A stretch of 64,000 nt of DNA, taken from NCBI GenBank assembly GCA_951406725.2, contig OX597822.1, forward strand, positions 88,040,001-88,104,000, read 5' to 3'. This stretch comes from Octopus vulgaris (Eukaryota). Of this stretch, positions 1 through 12,448 are shown one piece after another (the stretch's first letter is position 1; each line of letters starts with the position of its first letter). A program made the position numbers and the translations under genes. The notes under the pieces are model-generated. The model was given only the letters and a program-made list of their open reading frames with translations, was not told the DNA's origin and ran no database searches.

Positions 1-399
1 CTGCAGCTTTTAGAATTTGTTGTTCTTCAAGGTTATAGAATAATATAAAAGACTTAAAAAGATAACCATTTCTACCATAGGCATCATGCTTGAAATTGCA
101 AGGACTGGGATTAATTAAATCCATTCCCAGTACTTGACTGGTTCTTTATTTTATCAACTTTAGAGGGATGAATGACAGAGTTGACTTTGATAACATTTGA
201 GCTCAGAATATAAAGAGTCAGTACAAATACAACAAGGCAGTTTGTATGACACTAACAATTTTACTGGACAATGGATGAGGTCACCAAAGTAATATGGGGG
301 GAGGGGGTAAAGGTAATGTTAGATCTATGAATGTTGGTCATCACTCATTCTATGGTGCCTAAGTTGAAATATGTGGAGAAACACTGAACTGATGTAAAA

Positions 400-575
400 T
401 TGATGGTGATGATGACAATAATGATGGGAACAATGATGAGAGTGATGATGACAGATGAAGATGAAGATGAAGTTGACAATGATGAATAGGATGATGAAGA
501 TGACAGCAACATTGACAATGATGATGATTACGATGACAAGGATGACGATAATGATGACGACAACAACAAGGATGA
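400..575. repeat. Degenerate (GAT/GAC)n microsatellite
   Basis: Visible trinucleotide periodicity. Confidence 0.85.
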
Positions 576-663
576 TTTGCTTCTGCCTCTGCATAACCAA
601 GACATAACAATATAGGATTTACTGCAATGATAATGTTTAAAATAATGTTTCATTTTATTTCAG

Positions 664-793
664 CCATCCATTGATGTCGCTGGAGTTGTTCGCACACCAG
701 ACAAAAATCATATTGTTGTTCATTACTACCAACCAAAATACCCAGGATTCCCAGTAACAGTAAATGTCCATTCTCCAGAATATGCTTACTCAG
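664..793 (+). CDS. LanA: Laminin alpha exon 1 in window (first L4 domain)
   Basis: tttcag acceptor, gtaagg donor; PSIDVAGVVRTPDKNHIVVHYYQPKYPGFPVTVNVHSPEYAYS resembles the alpha3/5 VVHYYQP motif; ends phase 1. Confidence 0.88.
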
Positions 794-958
794 GTAAGGA
801 AAAAAAAAAGCAATGATTTTCTTCAGTTCCTTCTTGTTATGGTATATTCTTCATCCCCATCAAAGAAGAACTGTCTAATTATTTAATTGAACAATCATCT
901 TATAGTGTTTTTTTTTTTCAAGCAACTTTATTTTTCTGAATGCAAAACAATATAAATA

Positions 959-2249
959 CGAGGGACGTTCAATAAGTAATGCCTCTGACCCACTTGCAGT
1001 TGTTTGATCTAGCTGAAATTTTGCATGTGCAATCATTTATATCTCTATAGAGTAAGTGGCAAATTACAGCTCTGAATTAATTGTGGTTTCTGATTTACAG
1101 GTGTTTGAACCGAGTCAAGTGTGAAATGGAGCCTGTTGAGTGTCGAGCAGTGATCCGGTTTTTGTATTTGAAAGGACGCACACCACGGGAGACTTTTGAT
1201 GAAATGAAAGTAACTTATGGTGATGATGCCCTATCATATGACCTTGTAAAATGCTGGCATCGTGAATTCAAACATGGTCGGAACTCTGTGGAAACAGCTC
1301 CCAGATCTGGTCGCCCCCTTCTGCCATTGATGAGGCATCTGTCCATCAAGTTGAGGCTGCCATTTTGGAAGATCGACACATAATTATTCGCCAAATAGCC
1401 CATGAGGTCAAGATTAGTACCGGGTCTGTTGAAACTATCATTCATGACCATTTGCATATGCAAAAGGTGTCTGCCAGATGGATTCCCAGGTTGCTCACGC
1501 CTTTCCAGAAGCAAGAACGCGTCGAGTGCTCGAGGGTGAATTTGGAGATGTGCCAAGAAGATGAGTCAAAATTTTTCAAAAGACTAATTACACAGGATGA
1601 AACCTGGGTCCATCACGATGATCCAGTGACCAAATCCCAGTCAATGCAGTGGAAGCACCATGACTCACCCCCTCCAAAGAAGGCAAGGGTGCAGCCCTCC
1701 GCTGGCAAGGTCATGCTCACAGTCTTCTGGGACCAGGACGGAGTAGTGATGACAGATTTCCTGGCAAAGGGTACCACAATTGCAGAAGCCTATTATGCTT
1801 CACTTTTGAGGAAATTAAGAGAAGTTATCAAAATCAAGAGACGGGGCAAGATCAGCAAAGGCATCCTCCTCCTGCAGGACAACGCTCCGGTCCACAACCC
1901 GCTTGTCGCCAGATCAGAAGCACAGGCGTATGGCTATGAACTCCTCCCCATCCCCCCTACTTTCCTGACCTTGCACCCTCTGATTTTCACCTCTTCCCAA
2001 TCATGAAGTTGTTTTTGAAAGGAAAGCGTTTCCCAGATGATGCAGCCTTGATTTCTGAAGTCACGTTGAGGTTGGAGGACCAAGCTGGGTTCTTCTACAA
2101 AAACGGTCTCCAGAGCCGCATCAAATGATGGGAGAAATGCGTAACTCTGGGTGATTCCTATGTAGAAAAAGACTAATAACTGTGCCAAGTTTCGTTGCTC
2201 TACTGCTATGGGAAGTGGGTCAGGGGCATTACTTATTGAACGCCCCTCG
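959..2249 (+). mobile_element. Full-length mariner transposon (irritans/Hsmar2-like), 1291 bp
   Basis: About 37-bp TIRs cgagggacgttcaataagtaatgcctctgacccactt with 2 mismatches, TA on both sides, and transposase motifs inside. Confidence 0.95.
1126..2176 (+). pseudogene. Mariner transposase pseudogene
   Basis: MEPVECRAVIRFL...RSGRP, WIPRLL, ITQDETW, LQDNA, PYFPDLAPSDF; frameshifts near 1320 and 1950 and a premature stop near 2127. Confidence 0.9.
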
Positions 2250-3210
2250 TATATGGTAATAATAATAATAATAATAATAATACTGCTGGGAAGTTAACCC
2301 TGCAATGGTCTTGTATCCCATTCAGTGGAATAGTATTGTAATCTCAGTCACTTGTACACCATGGAACCTGGGATAAACTCTAGTCTTATGAGTCCTCGGG
2401 CTCATGACAGGTCTATGTCTAAGTCTTGATATTTGATTTTTAATTTCTTTTCATCAGACTGTTTGTTGTATTAAAAATATTTGTCATTCTGTTATGAATG
2501 CTGAACAATAAAATGTTTTCTTAAAAAAAGGTAAGTAGTAAAACTTAAACATGATGATTATTTTTCTTTCTAAATTAGAAAATTCAAACAAAATTTGCAG
2601 CCCTGAATTATAGATCTACATCAATATAATGTCTGCTACTTGGGGGCCTATTTAATGGACCCTGGCTTATCAATTGACAGCACTATGCCTTTCAATGGTA
2701 TGATACATAGACAATGGTTTTGATGCTTAAGTTTTTTCACTGTTTTATTTTTCAAATTTTATTGAATTCTATTAATGAGTTTCTTGTGTTCTTATCTCAC
2801 TTTGGATTATTCCACCATGTTTCAGATGAACCTTATTCACCGTCAGGAGCAGCATTATTATCCCCAGATATATCTGTAGGTGAAGGTTAGTCAGGCTGAT
2901 AATTCAGTCAAGTGTTACAGTACCAACTGTTGTCCTAGTAAACTACTGTCAACTATGTGTCTGTCACAAAGAAATTCTGTCAACTAACTCTAGGAATGGA
3001 CTCACCAAATGTCTTCATGATTAACCTCGAAAGTATTTTTAAATAAAACCAAAGAAGTAGTAGATAGGCTAATCATCTGAGGAGACCACTGTGTTTCAGA
3101 AAAGACTAATATATTAGTAAACATGAATGTTTATAAGCATCACTATATTCTGTTAGGGTTAGAGGATGGCAAAAATAGTGAATGTAGAGGAAATAAAGAA
3201 ATAATAATAA

Positions 3211-3265
<55 letters not shown>

Positions 3266-3672
3266 GTAATAATAATAATAATCCCTTCTGCTGATGCCAC
3301 AAGGCCTGAAATTTATGAGGAGGGGGCTAGTCAATTACATGGACCCCAATATTTCACTGGTACTTAATTTATCAATGCCGAAAAGATGAAAGGAAAAGTC
3401 AACCATGGCTGAATTTGAACTCGGACAAAATGTCACTAAGTGTTTTGCCCAGTATGCTAACAATTCTGCCTGCTCACCACTTTCATAATAGTAATAATTA
3501 TATGAGTATTTGTAATAATAGACATTGAACGCCCCTCGTATTAGTAATGATAGACAAGACATAGAGTGCAATGTGATAGATATTTTATAGTAATAATAAT
3601 GATAACATGAAGAAGAATTCTTTCTTCTATAGGCACAGGGCCTGAAATTCTAGGGGAGGACTTTAATATGTA

Positions 3673-4152
3673 ATCATCATCATCATTGTTCGACTGTGGT
3701 CGAGACAATGGAATTTACCATGCTACGCCAGACTTCACGGTCCATCATGGCATTACGGAGGTCCTGTTACTGGATGCCTGTATCCCTGGAGATTACATCA
3801 GGGTAGGAGAGTGTGCACCCTCTGGTATTGCGAGTAGATGGCTTCCAGAGGAGGAGAGTAGAAATTGCCTCGTTTTCAGCTCTACAACAATGTCCAGCAA
3901 ACTGGACTCTCTTACCTTTCACAAGAGATGACACAGGTGGTAGTTTCCCATATATATGCATTTTGGTTGGATGACGCTTCCACGAGAGATTTTGAGCTCT
4001 CATAAGGAGGCGAGTGTAGGTTCCATCCAACCGCCTCTCAAGCTTCTTTATAACGTCCAGGTTTCTGAGCCATATAGTAGAATTGGTTCGACTGTGACTT
4101 TGAAGATTTCAAGTTTGAAGTCTCTACTTAGATTTGATGACCAGATCTTATG
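3673..4152 (-). mobile_element. RTE-clade LINE 3' fragment
   Basis: ILLYGSETWTL...RLDGTYTRLLM...QFAGHC motifs followed by a (TGA)n tail. Confidence 0.8.
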
Positions 4153-5336
4153 TAATAGTTAGTTGCTGATTATAATATACTACTTTACATTATCAATATT
4201 ACATTAGTTCATCGGTTATTAACAATAATTCACTTGGCTGTTTGTGTTATTAATATAGTATTTGTGTATCAGTTATTAATGATAATTTACTTGGCTGTGA
4301 GTTAGTTTGTATTAGTTTATGTAACAGTTTTCTGTTTGTCTCCTAGTTTGTGACGTAACTGGTGTAATACTAATTTGAGATTTAGTAATTTTGTCATTCT
4401 AGTCAGTGTTAATAATAACTATTAGTTTGTTATGAATGGTAACAATTTAGTCTATAAATTAATACTTGTAGCAAAGTACTGGTTTTGTATTCTATGTCTG
4501 TCTTATGTTGTACTACTTTTTTGTTATATATATTTATGTATTTATTTCTGTTATATTAATCAATATCATTAATCATTTTGTTTTATTGTATTAATCAATC
4601 ATAATAATCAATTTACTATGTTATCTTAATCTTATTAATCTGAGTTATTGATGTTGTTTTTGATTATTTGATGTTTCCAACTTTCTGTCATAATTAGCTG
4701 CATTTCGTTACAGTTTTGTATACATATGTATATCAATATACACCACACAATCACCCCCTCTCTCATATAAACCAGCAATGTATTATTTCTTCTTCTCTTC
4801 CTCCTTTCTTTCTCCTTTCTTTCTCCTTTCCTCCTTTCTTCTTTTTCTCTTCCTCCTCCCTTCCTTCACTCTCCCTCCTCCTTGTTTCCTCCTTTCTTCC
4901 TCTTCCTTCTCCTTTTTGTCCACTGTGTGTTATGTCATTTTCATTAAAGAATTTATCCATAAATATTTATTACCACACTGGTTTTTCTTAGCAATTCACT
5001 CATTATTTCATCACAATGTAAATGCATGAAACATTTTTAATTCCATGTTTATTATTTTGGTATGGCATTTTAACAAAACTAAAATAATTACTGCACTGGA
5101 GGAAAATAATAATAATAATAATAAAGTTGAGTTAATTAGCCATGCTAATATTTTCACTATCAACTCTATGAAGTTGTTTTAAGTTTTCTGGTAACTGTGT
5201 GATAACCACATTAGCTTGACAACAATATAGCTACAGGTTCAATCCCACTTCACAGTACCTTGGTAAATGTCTCCTACCACAGCTTTGTGGATGGGATTGG
5301 GAAGACCAAAATATATAGAAGTCTGTTATATTTGTG

Positions 5337-5368
<32 letters not shown>

Positions 5369-5444
5369 TGCGCGTGCATGCGTGCCTTTATAGGTGTGTG
5401 TTTGTGTATATGTATATATGCCTATTTATGTGTGCATATCTATC

Positions 5445-5505
<61 letters not shown>

Positions 5506-6702
5506 CAGAATTCTTGTTTAGGGACCCCATATAACCCTCATAACTTTTTTATTTTTTTGTAATCATGCTGATTCTACCTGAGAATTACATTGAAGGTATA
5601 TTTTGTTTGTAGAATACTCAACCATTTATATATTAATTCAGGAACAGGTAATTCAGTTGATCAAACAACTGAATCCTCTTCACCCTCAAATGACAAGAGA
5701 ACCACCCAGAGTAAATCTGGAATACAAGGAAACTGACAATGTCAGCAAGAGAGTTCTTTAAATTCAGTTGCTTTGAGGAGGAAATAATTTGTTTGGATAA
5801 CTTGTCTTTCATCTGAATGTAAGGAATATACAAAAAGTGCTATTATCAATTGGTTAGTCAATAACCATTTTCTCTTTTTCTACATTCTCAAATGAAGAAA
5901 CAAAAATACAAGATGGTAGATCATAATGATGATGATGATGACAGTGATGATGCTCATCCCTCATTTTTCATAGTGGTTGAACTTACAGTTATCTGTCTGA
6001 GTTGACCAATGGCAGAGAAGAGCATTTTATTGGGTCTCTGACTCAGTTTATCCTGCAGCAGGGGATGGGATATATTGTTTTAAGATTTGGGACTTAACAC
6101 GAGATTCCTGCTTTGAAGAATGATACAGAATTTGATGGTGATTGGGATGCCAATGTTTCACATTTTTAATTCAGTATTTATCATAGAAGGAAGCCCCTAT
6201 CCTGGAGGAGGAAAATGTGAATACTTAAAAGTGTGTGGGCATATTGCTATGTTATGTAGGATAAGGCTAATAATTCTTGCAGTAAGGTTAATATTTTGAC
6301 TGGTAGGGCTAATATTTTTAGGGTAGGACTAATATTTTGTAAGAAGGGCTGATATTTTGTGAAGTAAGGCTAATAGACAAGATTTCTTAGAAATTAATCA
6401 ATGAATTATGAAGGAAATGATTGGATATTATTACTGAGTGGGGAGATGTTTATGGTTGACATTGTACTACAAAATAGACTGTGAAATTTCCATGAGCATT
6501 GCAAGTTATAATAATTATTTTCTAATATATTCTGTTCACTTATATTATTTGAGTAATATTCTATGCTGATTATTGTTTGCTTAGTTTATTTCTTGATAAA
6601 CTGCTCCAAACATGAATCCCTTAAGACTGTCATTAATAGATAACTATCAGCATTTAATAATTATTTTCTAATGCATTTCTTTTAACCTTTGTATTATTTT
6701 AG

Positions 6703-6848
6703 GATCATTCTATGCTGATTATTGCCCTAGTGATACCGGTTGTCGAGCAGTTGTTAAACTTGGAGACAGTGGAAAAAGTGAAGTGAACTTCCCAAATAAT
6801 GAAGCTCGCATAAAATTCACTGTTACAAAACCTTCGAAGATGTGGCTT
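6703..6848 (+). CDS. LanA: Laminin alpha exon 2
   Basis: ttttag/gtaagt; (G)SFYADYCPSDTGCRAVVKLG...KMWL; phase 1 to 0. Confidence 0.9.
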
Positions 6849-7072
6849 GTAAGTAGAGAAATTTTCTGGAATGAATTTTAAAATAAGTCTATGAACACTA
6901 ATAATTTTGCCTACTACAAGAATTTCACACTGTTGTCATCATTGTCATTCTTGACAGAGCAGCTTGAACATGTTATGAGTGAATGACTGCCAGAAGAAAT
7001 AAATAAACTCTGTTACATATATTGAATAATTTTTTTTCCTAATAGATAGATACATATATATATATATATATA

Positions 7073-7273
7073 AAGTTAATCCAAACATGAAAACACAAAG
7101 AGAAAACACAACATCGCGAGGACGTGGAAAAAGTATAGTATTATTGGACGCTCAGGAAAGAAGGAGGGTTTAACGTTTCGAGCGGAGCTCTTCGTCAGAA
7201 ACATAGGAAAAGGAAAGATCCAAAGAAGAGAAGATGGAGGGAAAAAAAACGCCAATGGTACACACGCGGTCAC
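7073..7273 (-). mobile_element. Penelope-like pseudo-LTR fragment with hammerhead-like motif
   Basis: Sits in (TA)n; related to 22640-22830 and 50057-50148; minus strand CTGACGAA-GAGC-tcc-GCTC-GAAACGTT. Confidence 0.6.
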
Positions 7274-7649
7274 ATATATTTGTAATAAGAGAAAAAAATA
7301 CACGAGCATAAATTTGTATTCTTTTATTCCGATTGTTACACTGGTTCAGTATTCAGCAGCACATGACATCACACTATAGATGCAGCTCACAGAGCCAGCA
7401 TGGAGCAAACACATTGTCAGACAAGTGAAAAAGAAATACACATCTACATTCATATTCATATAGGCATACATCACACATAAACACCCACATACACATGTAT
7501 GAAGCAAACTGAGTCCTCAACACATTCCATTTGCCAAAAGGTTTGCAATGCACTAAAAGGCCCCATGAGAGCCATTCATGTCCATGGGTGGGATTAACTA
7601 CCTGCATCAACTTGCTATAAAAGCAGGTAGTAATTTTACCTTGTACTTA

Positions 7650-8794
7650 TTCTTAGTGCAAGTTTTGAAGAATGCAGTTAAATTTTAACAGTTATTTTGC
7701 AAAGCTATAATGGAAGTGACATAGGAGCATATTTGGCATGTTTTGCTTTATGAATTCAATAACGGCAACAACACAATGGAAAGTGCAAGGAATATTAATG
7801 TAGTATATGGAGATTGGACGATAAGCATAAACCAGTGTCAACGGTGGTTCTACAACCTAGAAGACGAGCCTTGTCTTGGAAGCCTTGTCTTGGAAGAACT
7901 GTAGAGCTCAACAAGGACATCCTGCAAACCTTGGTGGAACAAAATCCCATTGTAACTGTTGAGGAACTAGCAGAGAAGCTTGGATATGGTCATTCAACCA
8001 TTCATTGATACCTGTGTACCATTGGAAAAGTCAGAAAATTGGGTTGATGGGTTCCTCACAAACTTTCCGAGTCTAATTGCATGAAGAGAGTGAATTTGTG
8101 CTCTTCTTTGCTGTCATAACTCATCAATGAACCTTTTTTGGACTGAATAGTGACTGGTGACAAGAAATGGGTTCTCTATAAAAATGTCAAGTGCCAAAGA
8201 CAGTGAGTAGGGAAAGGAGAAACATCGACACCCTAGGCTAAAGAAGGTCTTCACCCACGTAAGGTGTTGTTATCTGTTTAGTGGGATATGAAAGGTTTAG
8301 TCCACTTTGAATTTTTAAACCCAAACCAAACGATAAAAAGGAGATCTACTGTAAGCAGTTTGAGCAGCTTAAGTGAGCACTAGAAGTAAAACGAACATCT
8401 TTGGTTTCAAAATGAAAGGTGGTCTTGCATCAGGATAATGCTCAGCCACATACAGCAAGGATGACATTCCAAAGGCTGGAGCAGTTTGAATGGGAAATGA
8501 TGCCCCACCCACCATATTTGCCAGACATTGCCCCATCTGATTGTCATTTATTCTGTAGTCTTCAAAATCATTTGGACGGAAAAAATATGAATTCTGTAGA
8601 TGAGGTCAGAATAGTACTGGAGAAGTATTTTTCATCATGGACAACTGAATTTTGGAAGAGGGGCCTTGATAGATGGAAGAGCATTGTAGAAAATGAAGAA
8701 GAGTATAATTTAGGTTAAAACAGAACTATGTTTATCTTAATTTTGAAAATAAAAGGAGTACAAAAAACCACATTATTTATGGGATGATGCAATA
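7650..8794 (+). mobile_element. Degenerate mariner element (second subfamily)
   Basis: ATG at 7710; HVLLYEF, WVPHKL, VTGDKKW, LHQDNA, PYLPDIAPSD motifs with many stops; right TIR-like end near 8770-8794; left end not found. Confidence 0.88.
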
Positions 8795-8811
8795 TATTCT
8801 ATTTTTGCTTT

Positions 8812-9023
8812 GATTCCTTTACTGGTTTTAGTCGTTTGACTGTGGCCTTGCTGGAGCATTGGCTTCAGTCAAATGAATCAACCCCATGACTTATTGTTTG
8901 TAAGCTTAGTACTTATTCTATCAGTCTCTTTTGCCAAACTGCTAAGTTCCGGGGACATAAACCAACCAACATCGGTTGTTATGCAATGGTGTGGGGGCAA
9001 ACACAGACAATCAAAATTATACA

Positions 9024-9061
<38 letters not shown>

Positions 9062-9130
9062 TGTGTGTATATATAGATAAAACTTACTTGGAAAAGGCTG
9101 CGTGGTGTTCGATCATATAATAATATAAAT

Positions 9131-9183
<53 letters not shown>

Positions 9184-9372
9184 TATATTATTGTGTGTAT
9201 ATATATATCAGACAGGCTTCTTTCAGTTTATGTCTTCCAAATCTACTCACAAGGCTTTGGTCGACCCAAGGCTATAGTAAAAGACACTTGCCCAAGGTGC
9301 CACGCAGTGGGATTAAAGCTGGGACCATGTTGTTGGGAAGGAAGCTTCTTACCACACAGCCATGCCTGCGCC
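8812..9372 (-). mobile_element. tRNA-derived SINE (family A) with internal TA/TG tract
   Basis: Reverse complement of the copy at 59377-59780. Confidence 0.8.
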
Positions 9373-9373
9373 T

Positions 9374-9406
<33 letters not shown>

Positions 9407-9407
<1 letters not shown>

Positions 9408-9779
9408 CTCTCTATATATAAACGGCAGTTTGTCTGTGCGTGTTTCTGTGTGTCTGTCAGGTTGTACCCTCACCCTGACCACGGCTTTCAACCGATTCTG
9501 ATGAAACTTGACACACACATAGCCCAATGTCATAATTCAAAACTAACGCAGCGAAAATTTTGAAAAGTTTCCCCCAGTTCTGAATAAAATCGATAAATTC
9601 GACATGGGGTCGAGAATCAGAAACACAAACCACAGACTGTCTAGGGGACGCAACTCGACCTTTTTAACTAAAAAAAAATTTACCATCATTTTTTCCCCCA
9701 TTTTTAGGCTATAACTCTCTAAAAATGCTTTATAGTTATTTCCCTTACAAACCCGAGCAACGCCGGGCGATACTGCTAG
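9407..9779 (+). mobile_element. Non-autonomous Helitron-like element
   Basis: 5' TC after A, 3' CTAG before T, subterminal hairpin cccgagcaacgccggg; same 3' end as 46187. Confidence 0.75.
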
Positions 9780-9949
9780 TATATATATAGGCAGAGGAGT
9801 GGCTGTGTGATAAGTAGCTTGCTTATGAACTATATGGTTCTGGGTTTAGTCCCACTGCGTAGCACCTTGGGCAAGTGTCTTCTACTATAGCCTCGGGCCA
9901 ACCAAAGCCTTGTGAGTGAATTTAGTAGATGGAAACTGAAAGAAGCCCG

Positions 9950-10005
<56 letters not shown>

Positions 10006-10037
10006 ATAAATATTAGGGAATAAATCCAAATTTATCC

Positions 10038-10073
<36 letters not shown>

Positions 10074-10079
<6 letters not shown>

Positions 10080-10893
10080 TTATTATCGCCATATTAATAT
10101 GCCAGTCTTATAGACATAAGACTAAAGCTGTCGCTGATTAGCTCCATGAGGCCATCGCCTTAAGCTAGCTATTTGATACACAAACTTTATCCATTATAAC
10201 CTTCGAACAAGGGAGGTCAGCCACTTCACACTGCCAGTCAGACAGCTACAGACGCGTTTCAGGGTATTTGCCCTTTGTCAATGTAGCGTAGTCAGACCCA
10301 GCAGGTGTCGCCACTGATCGTCTCTGTTCGAAGGTTTTATTTACCTAGTTTCGGTGGAATACATCCACTTGTTTTCAATAATAGAAATATTAAAATTACT
10401 AAGTCTCTCTAAAAGAGATTACGGCAGCGTTACTGGAAATTAATTGTTATCGCCATTTTAATATGGCAGTCTTATAGACATAAGACTAAAGCTGTCGCTG
10501 ATTAGCTCCATGAGGCCATCGCCTTAAGCTAGCTATTTGATACACAAACTGTATCCATTATAACCTTCGAACAAGGGAGGTCAGCCGCTTCACACTGCCA
10601 GTTAGACAGCTACAGACGCGTTTCAGGGTATTTGCCCTTTGTCAAATACCCTGAAACGCATCTGTAGCTGTCTAACTGGCAGTGTGAAGCAGCTGACCTC
10701 CCTTGTTCGAAGGTTATAATGGATACAGTTTGTGTATCAAATAGCTAGCTTAAGGCGATGGCCTCATGGAGCTAATCAGCGACAGCTTTAGTCTTATGTC
10801 TATAAGACTGCCATATTAATATGGCGATAACAATTAATTTCCAGTAACGCTGCCGTAATCTCTTTTAGAGAGACTTAGTAATTTTAATATTTC

Positions 10894-10899
<6 letters not shown>
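10074..10899. repeat. 364-bp tandem unit plus 257-bp inverted arm (retrozyme or Penelope-like)
   Basis: Direct repeat starts at 10074 and 10438; arms 10378-10634 and 10643-10899 are reverse complements with about 3 mismatches; (TA)n on both sides. Confidence 0.92.
10245..10287 (-). ncRNA. Minimal type I hammerhead ribozyme-like motif (U3-A8 variant)
   Basis: GCUACA-UUGACAA-AGGG-caaaua-CCCU-GAAA-CGCG-UC-UGUAGC: 6-bp stem I, 4-bp stem II, palindromic stem III, GUC site. Confidence 0.65.
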
Positions 10900-10939
<40 letters not shown>

Positions 10940-11941
10940 TTGTGTGTCTGTGTTTGTCTCTCCAACATTGCTTGACAACCAATTCTGGTGTGTTTATGTC
11001 CCCATCACTTAGCAGTTCGGCAAGAGAGACCGATAAAATAAGTACTAGGCTTATAAAGAATAGGTCCTGGGGTCAATTTGTTCGACTAAATGCAGTGCTC
11101 CAGCATGGCGACAGTCAGATGACTGAAACAAATAAAAGAATATATATATATATATTTTTTTTCTTCTCTCACTGATATTTTTCTTTCTCCTTTTTTTCCT
11201 CTTAATCCTTCTGTCAAAGGGCTTAGGCTCGAAACAAAAGACCTTTCCATTCTTCTTCAGCATTAAATTAATACACCTGCTTGTTGTTTCTACACTGTCT
11301 TCATCTTTTGTTTTCTGTAAATTTCAACTATATATATATATATAGTTCAAATAACATAGTGTACAACTATAAAGCATGGTGTTAGGAAGGGTATCTAACT
11401 ATAGAAGCCATGGCTAAAATGAAACATTGGAGCATGACGTGGTTCTGATTTGTAGGATTCTGTCAAATCATCCAACTCATTCAAGCATGGAAGGCAGATG
11501 TAAAAATGTTGATGATGATGACAATGATGATGATCATCATCATCCTCATCATATAGTCATTTACATGTATTGTTATCTACAAATTAATTTTTATGAACAA
11601 AGTAAAAAGAACTTGATATCTGAAGCAGAGTAATATTTATTGCTTGTATTATCTTGAGCCATTTTACACACTGCTGCTTGAAGTTTCATACCTAAAGGCA
11701 ATCAGCTGATGGTGGTAGCTTCTAGAAAAATAATCCTAGTAGAGTTGGATGATATAATGCTAATGGGAGATCATGCTGCTGACTTCTGATTGATGATAAC
11801 CATCTGGTGATGGCTTGACATAAAATGTTAGAGCTTATACGTAATATACATATGTTTGTGTGTGTATGTGCATTATAAACTGGCAGGTGACAAAGAGGAA
11901 TAGTATTTGTTTAAAGACAGTTGTTTATAATATTTTTCTAG

Positions 11942-12057
11942 GATTATGTTTTGCTTATCCCTGGTTACCTACACCGACCAGCTGAACAAGATTTACCCAC
12001 TGTGGACATGGCTGAAGAATTTCTGAAAAAGTGTACAGATGATGTACTGTCTTACAA
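11942..12057 (+). CDS. LanA: Laminin alpha exon 3
   Basis: ttctag/gtaagt; DYVLLIPGYLHRPAEQDLPTVDMAEEFLKKCTDDVLSY; phase 0 to 2. Confidence 0.9.
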
Positions 12058-12118
12058 GTAAGTTGTCTGTAGTTATCTTTTTTTTTATTACTGGAAGTAT
12101 AGTATTATTATATGATGA

Positions 12119-12150
<32 letters not shown>

Positions 12151-12165
12151 TTATCATTATCATCA

Positions 12166-12210
<45 letters not shown>

Positions 12211-12448
12211 TATGTTTGACTTTTGCTTTATATTTGTACAAGTTGGCTCCAAGTCTCACCCAGAGACCTCAAGAGACAACAGGGTTGGAAGTTCATGTTG
12301 TTGTTATGCCTAGTGTGCCATATATTTGGGGGGTGGGGATGTTGTACTAATGAATGTCTAAAAAGAAAAAAAAAAAAAAAAAAAGGTTTTTTTTTTGTTT
12401 TTTTTGTTTTTTTTAAACCGAAAATTATGTTTGTTTTAAACCTTGAGA

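Larger units (their letters stand above)
9790..11140 (+). mobile_element. SINE family A copy split by insertion in its internal (TA)n
   Basis: Head 9790-9951 and tail 10922-11140 match the intact copy at 59377-59780. Confidence 0.8.

Noticed and set aside
325-610. His/Ile/Val-rich minus-strand ORFs
   Set aside because: Translations of a trinucleotide microsatellite. The same applies to the many [12 protein letters not shown] and poly-I/T ORFs in the track.
10340-10385. Second hammerhead in the 364-bp unit (UUGAAAA...GUGGA-loop-UCCAC-CGAAACUAG)
   Set aside because: A stem II-like hairpin and GAAA are present, but the spacing is off and there is no convincing stem I.
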